Positions 1 to 8,983 of a stretch of DNA of 64,000 nucleotides are shown here, one piece after another (position 1 is the stretch's first letter; each line of letters begins with the position of its first letter). The notes beneath the pieces are model-generated. The model searched no databases. It saw only the letters and a program-made list of their open reading frames with translations, and was not told the origin of the DNA. Made by a program: the position numbers and the translations under genes. This DNA is from a virus (taxonomy: Duplodnaviria > Heunggongvirae > Uroviricota > Caudoviricetes), in the IMG/VR virus record IMGVR_UViG_3300047320_000132, positions 67,101 to 131,100 of that record. One strand, 5' to 3'.

Positions 1-147
1 ACAGATGGACTGTTTGAACATCGTGTTGGAAATCACTGCAAGTACTGTGAATTCGCACCTTGGTGCAAGGCCAAGAAAGCTGACGGTAACCTGAAGGATC
101 TGGAAGCTGGCACCAAGAAGTTCTTTAAAATCGAAAAAGTGGTATAA
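1..147 (+). CDS. 3' end of an upstream gene (partial). C-terminus resembles PD-(D/E)XK / Cas4-like nucleases with a C-x2-C-x5-C Fe-S cysteine cluster.
   Basis: Frame 1 reads ...NHCKYCEFAPWCKAKK...KIEKVV and ends at TAA 145-147. The cysteine spacing is typical of Cas4/AddB-like C-terminal Fe-S modules. Truncated by the window edge. Confidence 0.3.
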   Translation, partial: TDGLFEHRVGNHCKYCEFAPWCKAKKADGNLKDLEAGTKKFFKIEKVV

Positions 148-251
148 GATCAACGGCTTACAGAGCTATGATCAAAGAAGCGGACTTAGGTTCGCTTTTT
201 TTATTTGGAAGTGTGGTATCCTAGTTGACTTGATTAAAGCGACGGTGAAAG

Positions 252-3227
252 ATGTTTGAAATAATTAAAAGTAGCGTTAACCTGCTTGAGCAAATAGCAA
301 ATGATACTCAACAGGCCATTGTGGAATGTGGTACGGATACATACAAATTTGAAGAAGATGAAGAAGTAGGTTGTTTCTTTTGTGGTCACAAGGGATGCCT
401 GAAGCTCTTCTATAAAGAAGACGAGCCAGAAAAAGCAGGCTACCATTGCTTCTCCTGTGAAGCTCATGGAGATGTGATCGGTTGGACGATTGAATTTGCA
501 AAGTCGAAGAATGAAGAGTTGAATGCTCGTGACGCATGTCTAAAACTTGCGAAAGAGCACGATATCAAACTCCCGTCTGGGTACAATCCGGTAGCGGAGA
601 TTTTCCAGTTGGCAGCAAACTATTACCAGACCTGTTTCTGGGAAGAGTGTAACAAGCCGTACATGGAGTTGGCTAAGCTTACCCCGTTGGAATATCAGAA
701 GACTGTTCGGGGCCATAGCGAAGAAGTCTTGAAGGGTGAGTGTGTAGGCTGGTCGGATGGTGGTGTTGTAGCGTATCTTGAAGCATTGGGTTTCGATGAA
801 GAAATCCTGGATGCGTCAGGATTGAGAAGTCAAAAGACTGGCCGAGATTTTCTCCCGTCCAGAGTGTTTATCTACCCTCACTATGTGAAAGGTAAGGTAT
901 CCCACTTTACATTTAAAGATCCTTTGAAGAAGCTTGCGTATCAGCTTCCTAACAAGTATTCGATGAATGGACATGAGTTCTGGGGTCAGGATACCGTCAA
1001 CAAGAGCGACACGGTTTATATCGTAGAAGGTGAAAACGATAGACTGAGTCTGCTTGATGTTGGTAAAACTGCAGTACTGGCGACCATCGGTCAAATCTCA
1101 GGCAGTCAAGCAGATTGGCTTCGTGAAAACCTGTCTGATAAACATATCGTCACATTCTTCGATAACGATAAAGCAGGCGGCAAGTATCGTGAGAAACTTG
1201 AGAAGATCCGTAAGTTCTTCAAGAGCCTGACTCAGGTTGTGCCTGGCGTTGAAGATGATGATATTGACAAGCTTATTCATGAAGGAGCAAACGTAGATGA
1301 AATTGTTGCGGCATGTAAAGCGGCAGACTCACAGAACGTTTCTATCGAGTCCGGGACTACGAAAGTACCATTCGATGTGGACGAAGCTCTTGAGAGAATG
1401 CGAACTGCAGACGGTGAAGCAGATTCAGGAAATCGAGGATCAGAGGTTTCTGGAAGAGATTCAGGTGATTCTGAACAAGATGTCGATATTGAAATCTTAC
1501 CGCCGGGAAAAGACCTCTCTCAAAATTCCGTCGTACAGAAGAAAGGTGCGTATTGGCGGGTAACGTTCAAGGATGGTGAACCTCAGTACAACAAGATCAG
1601 TGACTTTGTAATTGTCCTGAAGAACATCTACATTACAGAAGATGGAGATCGTCATCGTGAAGTTGTCATTATTCGAGAAGATGGGCAAAAGTCAAATCCA
1701 ATGCTCATCGATTCCGAAACGAAAGTTTCCCTTAAACCCTTTAGAACGCTCCTTGCACGAGCAGTGGATGCAGATTTCAAAGGGAACGAACGTGATATGT
1801 CAGGCGTATGGGACCTCGTTTACTCTCAGTCTGCGGAGACCCAAGTCCGTGTTACAAGAACTGTTGGTCGACATGAAGGCATGCGAGGCTGGATTTTTCG
1901 GAACAAGTTCATCTCCGACACAGGTGCCGTCATCGATCCTGATAAAGACGGAGTCTTTTGGTTGGCGGGAAAAACGGTTGGTATCAGACCAGAGTCCCTT
2001 AACGTTGCCTCGAATCAGCCTAGTACAAATGGGGACAACACCGGGAAAGTCGACATCCCTTTTATTGACCCAGATGTTTCAAGAGATGACGCAGATGAAC
2101 TGATGAAGGGTATTGTTGCTAATCTCAGTAAGAATCTGAATAGTCCAGGTCAAGCTTTGACGATTCTCGGGTGGATGTATGCGTGTATCTATTCAAATAC
2201 AATCTTCTCCTTGAACAAGAGTTTCCCATTCTTGTTTCTATGGGGGACCAAAGGTAAAGGTAAGACTTCGATTGCAAAGTGGGTTCAAGACTTTTATGAT
2301 ATGCGTGATTGTGGATACACCTCGGTTTCGCAGCTTCGATCAGCCGTCGGTTGGGGTCGTAAGGTCGAATACTATTCTTCGCTTCCAGTTTTCATTGACG
2401 AGATCCGAGCGGATAAAGAGACTGGTGAATATCTGAGTTTGTTCCGTAGTTATTTCGATCGGGCTCCGAGAACTATGGGTGTGAAAGACGGTTTCGGGGT
2501 TAAGACTCAAGAAGTCCGTTCGTGCTTTATCTTTGTTGGTGAAGACTTGTTTGATGATCCAGCAGCAAGAGAACGTTGTATCCCGGTTCGTATTCCGGTT
2601 AATAATCGAGAATTGACTGACTCGTATCGTTGGCTTGAAGACCATCGGCATCTGTTTAGCGGAATGACTTATCGCTGGATCCTGGAAGCAGCAGATGATG
2701 ATCGTGAAAAGCTTAAAGAGGAGATTCGTGAACTCGACAAAGAGCTTGTTCGAGAAGCAAAATGTTCTCAACGAGTCTCAAAGAACTGGGCAGCAATCGG
2801 AGTGTTCGCACAACGGCTTGCAGAGAAGTATCTTCCGGAGTTTGATTTCAAGAAGTATCTGTTCGAAGCATCGACTGAAGAAGCAAGCAATCAGAAGTCG
2901 GACACGACGGTCATGCAGTTTTTCGAACATGTAGAAGCAATGCAGGCAGGAGAGTTTCCGAAAATTACGCATCAACACATTATGGCGGATAGCAATCTTG
3001 TACATATCTGGTTTCCAGCCGTGTATAAAGCTGTGATTGATGATAGTCGTGGAAAGTTTCCATTCTCGAAAAATGCAGTTATCTCAGCGATCAGAGAAGA
3101 GCCTTACTTTGTCGCCGACGATAGAAAGGTGAAGATGGGATTGAACGGTGCTCGGAGAATCGTATTGACGTTGGATATGGATAAGGCTCCGGACGCAATT
3201 AAGAATATTGGGAATTACAATGATTAA
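252..3227 (+). CDS. DNA primase-helicase: zinc-binding primase, TOPRIM domain, C-terminal SF3/D5-like helicase
   Basis: 991 aa. Cys-rich zinc motif CFFCGHKGC...CFSCEAHG. TOPRIM motifs VYIVEGENDRLSL and FFDNDKAGGKYRE. Walker A LWGTKGKGKTS with downstream helicase motifs. Confidence 0.8.
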   Translation: MFEIIKSSVNLLEQIANDTQQAIVECGTDTYKFEEDEEVGCFFCGHKGCLKLFYKEDEPEKAGYHCFSCEAHGDVIGWTIEFAKSKNEELNARDACLKLAKEHDIKLPSGYNPVAEIFQLAANYYQTCFWEECNKPYMELAKLTPLEYQKTVRGHSEEVLKGECVGWSDGGVVAYLEALGFDEEILDASGLRSQKTGRDFLPSRVFIYPHYVKGKVSHFTFKDPLKKLAYQLPNKYSMNGHEFWGQDTVNKSDTVYIVEGENDRLSLLDVGKTAVLATIGQISGSQADWLRENLSDKHIVTFFDNDKAGGKYREKLEKIRKFFKSLTQVVPGVEDDDIDKLIHEGANVDEIVAACKAADSQNVSIESGTTKVPFDVDEALERMRTADGEADSGNRGSEVSGRDSGDSEQDVDIEILPPGKDLSQNSVVQKKGAYWRVTFKDGEPQYNKISDFVIVLKNIYITEDGDRHREVVIIREDGQKSNPMLIDSETKVSLKPFRTLLARAVDADFKGNERDMSGVWDLVYSQSAETQVRVTRTVGRHEGMRGWIFRNKFISDTGAVIDPDKDGVFWLAGKTVGIRPESLNVASNQPSTNGDNTGKVDIPFIDPDVSRDDADELMKGIVANLSKNLNSPGQALTILGWMYACIYSNTIFSLNKSFPFLFLWGTKGKGKTSIAKWVQDFYDMRDCGYTSVSQLRSAVGWGRKVEYYSSLPVFIDEIRADKETGEYLSLFRSYFDRAPRTMGVKDGFGVKTQEVRSCFIFVGEDLFDDPAARERCIPVRIPVNNRELTDSYRWLEDHRHLFSGMTYRWILEAADDDREKLKEEIRELDKELVREAKCSQRVSKNWAAIGVFAQRLAEKYLPEFDFKKYLFEASTEEASNQKSDTTVMQFFEHVEAMQAGEFPKITHQHIMADSNLVHIWFPAVYKAVIDDSRGKFPFSKNAVISAIREEPYFVADDRKVKMGLNGARRIVLTLDMDKAPDAIKNIGNYND

Positions 3228-3411
3228 TGAATCTCTGACTATCGCATTGTCTTTGTTGTTTATTGGAATGCCTGTTTTGATTTCAGTTGCGTACTTCAAA
3301 ATAGAAAAGAAGCCACATTCTAAAACGACAAGAAAGATGTGAAATAGTTGTTGACAGAAGGCTTTACTGATATTAAAGTAGAGTCTTCTAAACAACTTCT
3401 GTCAATCTAAA

Positions 3412-3660
3412 ATGATTAAGACACACAACGCGGAACGTCCGTTTCGCAAGCCGCATCGTAGTTTTTATGGTTCTGGTAAATTCAAGTGGGCAATCTACCC
3501 GGACTATTGGAAGGACACCTGGGGTCAAAAACCACTCCTGGGTTACGTTTGGGCGGATGATGAATTCTACGCCGTACGGGAAGCTTATTCGAAGAATCTG
3601 CTTACCATGAATTACACTTTTAGGCCGAAGGCTGTAAAGATTCACGCAGCTTCAGCCTAA
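3412..3660 (+). CDS. hypothetical protein
   Basis: 82-aa ORF in a compact + strand gene series after the primase gene. Confidence 0.35.
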   Translation: MIKTHNAERPFRKPHRSFYGSGKFKWAIYPDYWKDTWGQKPLLGYVWADDEFYAVREAYSKNLLTMNYTFRPKAVKIHAASA

Positions 3661-3686
3661 CCACTTTAGAATATATTGGAAACTAA

Positions 3687-3965
3687 ATGACAACCAAAGC
3701 ACATCTCATCAACTCGATCAGCGCCGATCTCGGTATTACCAAGAAGGCAGCAGCTGGTTTTATCAACTCCTTTGCCAAGTCGGTACAAGCCGACCTGACA
3801 GCAGCTGGCGAAGCTCTTATCCCGGGCGTCGGTAAGCTGAAGACTCGTGAGCGTTCTGCTCGCTCGGGCCGTAACCCTCGCACGGGTGAAGCTCTGCAAA
3901 TCTCGGCACGTAAGACTATCCGTCTCGCTTCGTCGAAGGGTCTCAAGGCGCTGGTTAACGCCTAA
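3687..3965 (+). CDS. HU/IHF-family histone-like DNA-binding protein
   Basis: 92 aa. MTTKAHLINSISADLGITKKAAAGFINSF...GKLKTRERSARSGRNPRTGEALQISARKTIRL is a full-length match to the bacterial HU fold, including the beta-arm RNPRTGE. An intrinsic terminator follows. Confidence 0.85.
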   Translation: MTTKAHLINSISADLGITKKAAAGFINSFAKSVQADLTAAGEALIPGVGKLKTRERSARSGRNPRTGEALQISARKTIRLASSKGLKALVNA

Positions 3966-3980
3966 AGAAAGTACCAGTTA

Positions 3981-3990
3981 TTGGTATAAG
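3981..3990 (+). promoter_or_regulatory. TTGGTATAAG extended -10 promoter motif
   Basis: One of about 18 near-identical occurrences of TTGGTATAAG (TG-n-TATAAG) in intergenic positions on the + strand. Confidence 0.45.
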
Positions 3991-4000
3991 AGTGATGTAA

Positions 4001-4032
4001 AGCCAGGCAATTTTGTCTGGCTTTTTTTATTG
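4001..4032 (+). terminator. intrinsic terminator after the HU-like gene
   Basis: AGCCAGGCAATTTTGTCTGGCT hairpin followed by TTTTTTTATT. Confidence 0.6.
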
Positions 4033-4405
4033 GTATTTACGTATGAAAGAAGTTAACGAAGTTGTACTTATTTATGCAGAACTCGAATCAAGTGAAAGCT
4101 TCGAGAATGTAGATGGAACGACAGGAGGTGGTTGTGGAGAACATAATCGTATCCTCCGAGGTGTAGCCGATAGTATTGCAGCAGCAACAGGTTTGATCTA
4201 CAAAGATTACCTGCAGACTTTGCTTGATGCTGGACTCGATCAGACAGAGTTTTCGCTGCTGTTCAAGGACTACGATACTACCGAGTATTTTGAAGTAACC
4301 CTTACTGGTACTAGCGAAGGCGAAGACGGATCCAAAAACTGGACCAATATCGTTCGTTGGTACGTAGAGCCCGCAATTCTTAACGAACTCATAGAAGAAG
4401 AGTAA
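4013..4405 (+). CDS. hypothetical acidic protein
   Basis: 130-aa ORF. The start may be the internal Met at 4043. The stop lies 3 nt before the next ATG. Confidence 0.4.
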   Translation: MSGFFYWYLRMKEVNEVVLIYAELESSESFENVDGTTGGGCGEHNRILRGVADSIAAATGLIYKDYLQTLLDAGLDQTEFSLLFKDYDTTEYFEVTLTGTSEGEDGSKNWTNIVRWYVEPAILNELIEEE

Positions 4406-4407
4406 CC

Positions 4408-5304
4408 ATGAAACTGAATCAGCCTTTTACCCGTCGCATCATTTCCCCTAACGAAGAACGTGTTGCATTCAATACACCGGAGCCGGTAAAGGCTGAGGTT
4501 TCTGAGGTTCCCCCTCTTACTCCGAAAGAAGACGATGTTCCTTCGTTAGTTTCGAATAAGCCTGAAGTGCCTAGACTTGAACGGGCTTCGTCGTCTAAGA
4601 AACAAGTTGAACTCAAGGTTCCGGGAGAGGAAGAAGTTGAAGCTTCAATAGCTATGACCGATGGCGAGGTGCTTTCGCCTGAACTTCGTCAAGCGGCAGA
4701 GCCGGAAGTTCCTGAGCTTCAGCCCAAGAAGTCTGTTGAAGATGTCCTTGCAATCCCTAAGCTTGTCGTTACTAAACGTGAGCCGGTAGCTGTAGATCCG
4801 ATTGACATTCCGAAACTCGATGCGTATAACACGATGGAGGTAGTTCATCTGTTGATCGGTCGTTCACCGGAAGACGAAGAGATCATTTTGCTTCAGTCGT
4901 TTCCTGAGCGCTTCGTTCGCACCAAGAAGACGGAGGAATTTCACGCTTCTCTGCTAGCCAGGGTAAGCAGTCACTACTCAAGTATGGTGGATGCCCGGAA
5001 GTATGATTTTGAGGAGCGTCAACATCACCATGTTCTTGCCCCTAAGCCTATTTCTGCTCTCCACGCTAATAAGGGCGTGGAATGGATGGCGTACGTGCTT
5101 GATGATGGTAAAGCTGCTGAAGCGGATATCATTGGCTATGCATTACAACATAGCGTAGCTGATACAGTAGCTATACGGGAAATCAATGAGGCAAAACTGT
5201 ATCAGAGGGATCCTTCTTACGTTTTCACCTGGGCATTGGTGAAAGTGAAGATCGGCCACGACTTCGGTTCCTACAAGTTGTCTGAACTGATGCCTTCGCT
5301 GTAA
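4408..5304 (+). CDS. hypothetical protein with Pro/Glu-rich N-terminal region
   Basis: 298 aa. Low-complexity PE-rich N-terminus and a globular C-terminus. Followed by a terminator hairpin at about 5305-5340. Confidence 0.5.
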   Translation: MKLNQPFTRRIISPNEERVAFNTPEPVKAEVSEVPPLTPKEDDVPSLVSNKPEVPRLERASSSKKQVELKVPGEEEVEASIAMTDGEVLSPELRQAAEPEVPELQPKKSVEDVLAIPKLVVTKREPVAVDPIDIPKLDAYNTMEVVHLLIGRSPEDEEIILLQSFPERFVRTKKTEEFHASLLARVSSHYSSMVDARKYDFEERQHHHVLAPKPISALHANKGVEWMAYVLDDGKAAEADIIGYALQHSVADTVAIREINEAKLYQRDPSYVFTWALVKVKIGHDFGSYKLSELMPSL

Positions 5305-5340
5305 CCTTGAAGGGGCCGAATCTGGTCCCTTATTTTTTAG
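5305..5340 (+). terminator. intrinsic terminator
   Basis: GGGGCCGAATCTGGTCCC hairpin followed by TTATTTTTT. Confidence 0.5.
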
Positions 5341-5540
5341 CCGCTTGGAGCCTCTCTTGAAGGCAGGACTAGGTTTGGTATCGACCAGGCAAGCCAGCCC
5401 GTCAGAGAGGCTGTATTGAAGTCTAAGAGGTATTCCAGTCCGAAGTTTGTGGTAGTTTTTCAGACAGAACTAGAGTCCTGAGAAAAACTGGACAGACGAT
5501 TAAAAAATTTCTTATTTAAAATCAAAGACTTAAACTAGAG

Positions 5541-5940
5541 TGTCCAATTTGTCCAATTTCACTTTGCGCTCTTGGACAGCCTCAAACGTATGCTGGCTAA
5601 GGCTTTCAGAGGATTTGTCCAATTGTCCAGTTTTTTTTCTCAACCATACCTCACTTCCTTTTTCACAATAAATTTACTAGAAAATAAAAACATAGGGTTT
5701 ACACCTAGAGTCTAAGAATCCGGGGGTCTTATATATATATAATATTTGAACTTTTTAAAAAATATATTTATATATAAGAGAGGTATTGTGGGTTTTGTAA
5801 AAAGATGTGTTACTCAATTAGAAAGTGAGGTATGGTTGAAAATTTTTTCTGGACAATTGGACAAATCCTCTGAAACCCAAGCTGGATAAGGCTTTGCGGC
5901 TGTCCAGTTTCATTTTATTTTTTGGACAAATTGGACACGA
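5541..5940. repeat. about 110-bp imperfect inverted repeat flanking an AT-rich core, built from TTGTCCAAT iterons
   Basis: The left arm (5541-5655) is the reverse complement of the right arm (5821-5940), sharing GGTTTCAGAGGATTTGTCCAATTGTCCAG and TTGTCCAATTTGTCCAA. A partial copy sits at 5941-6000. A further copy runs from 63874 to 64000 and is cut off by the window end. Confidence 0.7.
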
Positions 5941-6179
5941 AGCTCTGAAAGCCAAGCTGGGTAAGGCTTTGCGGGTTTTTGGGTTTGTCCAGTTTTTTTA
6001 AAGTCATCATTCAGGTCCTCTTTTGGTATAAGTAAAGTATGGAGAGAACTGTTGATTTCGCCTTCAGCAGAGTTCCCCTTACCTTGAATTGGGCTTACGA
6101 TTTCGTAGGGCCTTGACAAGTTGGTCTTTTACCGGAAGCTGATCCCCAATCTTCATCCGGTTTTTTTTGGTCAATTGAA

Positions 6180-7019
6180 ATGAACGACAACGTACAAACT
6201 ATCGAACAAATCCGTCACCTAGACTTCAAGGCGCTAGGTGACATGCATAAGAAATATGAGAAGAACTACTTCAGTGAAAAACTGATGCCTGGTCTTCCCA
6301 CGGTCATCCGTTTCGACGGCAACGCTTTTCACACGTTCACAAAGAACCTTAGCAAGCCTTACGACAAGGATCTGGCACAGACATTCCAATGCACGGTCGA
6401 CGATCTGATTCGAGATTTGAATCCTGATCTCGCATATCATCAAAGCGATGAGATCAGCCTCTTCTGGTTCAATCTCGATACTGAGAAACCTCTTGAGTTT
6501 GATGGTAGCGTTCAGAAGTGGTTGAGTGTGTATGCAGCAAAGTGTTCGGTTATTTTTAACTCGTACCTGCAGGGCTTTCTACCAAACAAGTTTGCTGAAC
6601 GCCCAGTCTTCGATGCTCGGGTATATCAGTATCCTCGTTGGGACCTGGCATACGATTATTTTATCTGGAGGCAGTGGGACGCCAGAAAGAATAGCGTAAG
6701 CATGGCTGCACACAGTGTCTTTTTTCATGGTGAACTTCACAAGAAGAACACTGCTGAGAAAATTGAAATGTTACGTGAGAAAGGCATCAACTTTGCAGAG
6801 TACCCAGAGTCGTTCCGTCAAGGCACGTTCACCCGTAAAGTTAAGAAGATCATGCTGATCGATGACGGAACCTGGAATCGTATCCCGGAGAAGCATCGCG
6901 GTAGCAGGGAAGTAGAACGTAGTGCGATCGTGAGGCTCACGAACATTCCGAAGCTTACGTCGTTGACGGTAAGCGATGGTAGTTTCAGGCTCTTCCACGA
7001 TCAAGCCAACGTTGCCTAA
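6180..7019 (+). CDS. Thg1-like protein (tRNA-His guanylyltransferase family 3'-5' nucleotidyltransferase)
   Basis: 279 aa. VIRFDGNAFHTFTK and AYHQSDEISLFW align to the Thg1/TLP catalytic motifs (VVRxDGRGFHKFTK, GQSDEISFVF). Confidence 0.65.
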   Translation: MNDNVQTIEQIRHLDFKALGDMHKKYEKNYFSEKLMPGLPTVIRFDGNAFHTFTKNLSKPYDKDLAQTFQCTVDDLIRDLNPDLAYHQSDEISLFWFNLDTEKPLEFDGSVQKWLSVYAAKCSVIFNSYLQGFLPNKFAERPVFDARVYQYPRWDLAYDYFIWRQWDARKNSVSMAAHSVFFHGELHKKNTAEKIEMLREKGINFAEYPESFRQGTFTRKVKKIMLIDDGTWNRIPEKHRGSREVERSAIVRLTNIPKLTSLTVSDGSFRLFHDQANVA

Positions 7020-7101
7020 ATTAGTAGCAACAATTGCGGTATAAGCGTACTGCCGGGCAAATAGCTTGGTGGTACAATATTGTTTTTAGTGAGGTAACAC
7101 A

Positions 7102-8361
7102 GTGGTAAAACTCGCCGACATGGCGCTAAACGACTTGTATGCAAAACCAAAGATTACAAGTACAGTAGAGGCAGTTATTCATGTTAAAGAGGATTTCAGT
7201 AAGATCAGCCCGACGTATTGTGAGAAGGTCTGTAAGCTGAAGTGCAAGCAATACGAATCTGTCTTTTTAGCCAAGAAAGAAGTAGACATTCTTATCATCC
7301 AGGATCATGCAGCACCGGACGGTAAGTGGGATAAGTTTGAAGGTCAGCAAGAAAAGCTGATGCAGGACATCATTTTCCATCTGTGTAAGGCAGCTGGGTT
7401 CGGGAACCTGACGTATCGTATGGTCGATCTGTTGAAGTGTTCTCCGACAGAAGCAGACTTTCCGAATGGGAAAGCTCCGACAGCAACAACGCTGATGAAG
7501 TGCAGACCCTATCTCTGGCAGGAGATTGAATCCTGTAAACCTAAGGTGATCATTAGTCTGGCAACTGCAGTGACTAAAGCGTTGGGTTACAAGAAACACA
7601 GTAATACAGGTAATCGTGGTGAGTACGTAGATAACGTCGTGATTACGATTCATCCAAGAGCACTGACGATGATTCGTCAAAACGCTTCAGGAGCCTTCTG
7701 GGGACAGGAATTGTATGGAGTGATCCTCCGTGACTTCAAGAAGGCAGCAGCGATGGTTAGAGGTGAGTTGAAGCCTCCGAAGTTGGAAGATGCTGTAAAG
7801 TTTTATCGTGAGAATAGAATTCGAGTAGCAGAGTCGATTGAAGATGTGAAGAAATACGTCGATACGGTCCAGAGTCTTCCTCCTAATTCGATCATAAGTT
7901 TTGATACGGAAACCACTTCGCTCGACGGTCTTTCTGAAGATGCTCGACTTTTAACTATCCAGTTCGGGTTTAGAGATCCCGTAGACAAAGAGGTAAAGGC
8001 AGTGGTTATTCCGTTATGGCACAGATGTAACACTGCTTATGATGCCGGTGAAGCCTGGGAACTTGTAAAACCGATTCTAGAAAGTGACCGCGCAAAATGT
8101 GGCCACAATTCGAAGTTCGATATTCTTTACATTTGGTTTACAACCGGGGTACGGGTTAAGAACGTAGCTTTTGACACCCTTCTCGTCCTTCATAGTCTTG
8201 ATAGTGGGGCGCAAGGAACCTTTGGTCTTAAAGCTGCAACGTGGGATATTGTGCCTTGGACAGGACTTGGTGGATACGAAAACAGTTTGCCCGCTCTAAC
8301 CAAGGCTAAGAATCTACCTAGCGAAGAAGAAGAGTCAGAAGAGGTTGAAAGTGAAGAATAG
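7102..8361 (+). CDS. DNA polymerase I-like (family A), N-terminal part: 3'-5' exonuclease domain
   Basis: 419 aa. Exo I motif FDTETTSLD. GTG start (ATG alternative at 7120). Acidic C-tail SEEEESEEVESEE, then a TAG stop. The polymerase domain is the separate gene at 8976. Confidence 0.8.
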   Translation: MVKLADMALNDLYAKPKITSTVEAVIHVKEDFSKISPTYCEKVCKLKCKQYESVFLAKKEVDILIIQDHAAPDGKWDKFEGQQEKLMQDIIFHLCKAAGFGNLTYRMVDLLKCSPTEADFPNGKAPTATTLMKCRPYLWQEIESCKPKVIISLATAVTKALGYKKHSNTGNRGEYVDNVVITIHPRALTMIRQNASGAFWGQELYGVILRDFKKAAAMVRGELKPPKLEDAVKFYRENRIRVAESIEDVKKYVDTVQSLPPNSIISFDTETTSLDGLSEDARLLTIQFGFRDPVDKEVKAVVIPLWHRCNTAYDAGEAWELVKPILESDRAKCGHNSKFDILYIWFTTGVRVKNVAFDTLLVLHSLDSGAQGTFGLKAATWDIVPWTGLGGYENSLPALTKAKNLPSEEEESEEVESEE

Positions 8362-8983
8362 ATACATCGACCTGACGGGGAAAGTCTTCGGAAGGCTAAC
8401 GGTAAAAGGTGTCGATACATCTAGGGTTTCGAAGCGTCCTTTTTGGATTTGTGAATGCAGTTGCGGAAATACTAAGTCGATTGCCGGGGCATCGCTAAGA
8501 GGTGGCGATAGCAATTCCTGCGGATGTTTTGCTAAAGAGTTGACTGTAGAGAGAAGTAAGACGCATGGCTTGAGTAAAAGTAAAACATACAAAACTTGGT
8601 CTGGCATGTGGCACAGATGTACTAACCCTAAAAGTACCCAGTACTCAGTATATGGTGGAAGAGGTATATCTGTAGACGACAGTTGGAAGAGTTTCGAAAC
8701 TTTCCTAGCCGATATGGGTGAAAGACCGGAAGGGATGACTATAGATCGGAAAGATGTAAATGGTAATTATTGTAAGGATAACTGCAGATGGGCCACCGAC
8801 AAAGATCAAAGTAATAATCGACGCTCTTCAAAAGTAATCACTTTTAGAGGCGAATCCCTTACCCAAGTACAGTGGGCGGAAAGACTTGGCATTTCAGTTA
8901 CTACTTTGTATACCCGCCTGTTGAATAACTGGCCGTTGGACAAAGCGTTATCTGCAGTTAATTACAGGAAGAAACATGGTTAA
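8345..8983 (+). CDS. HNH homing endonuclease inserted between the polymerase exo and pol genes
   Basis: 212 aa. Phage HNH-type pattern: FGRLTV, WICECSCGN, HRCTNPK, YGGRGI, RKDVNGNYCKDNCRWAT. Overlaps both neighbours by a few nt. Confidence 0.8.
   Translation: MKVKNRYIDLTGKVFGRLTVKGVDTSRVSKRPFWICECSCGNTKSIAGASLRGGDSNSCGCFAKELTVERSKTHGLSKSKTYKTWSGMWHRCTNPKSTQYSVYGGRGISVDDSWKSFETFLADMGERPEGMTIDRKDVNGNYCKDNCRWATDKDQSNNRRSSKVITFRGESLTQVQWAERLGISVTTLYTRLLNNWPLDKALSAVNYRKKHG

Noticed and set aside
8359-8361. Suppression of the TAG ending the pol-exo gene by the CUA tRNA, to fuse the polymerase halves.
   Set aside because: The exo gene (frame 1) and the pol gene (frame 0) are in different frames with the HNH gene (frame 2) between them. 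Read-through of the TAG hits another TAG within 20 codons.
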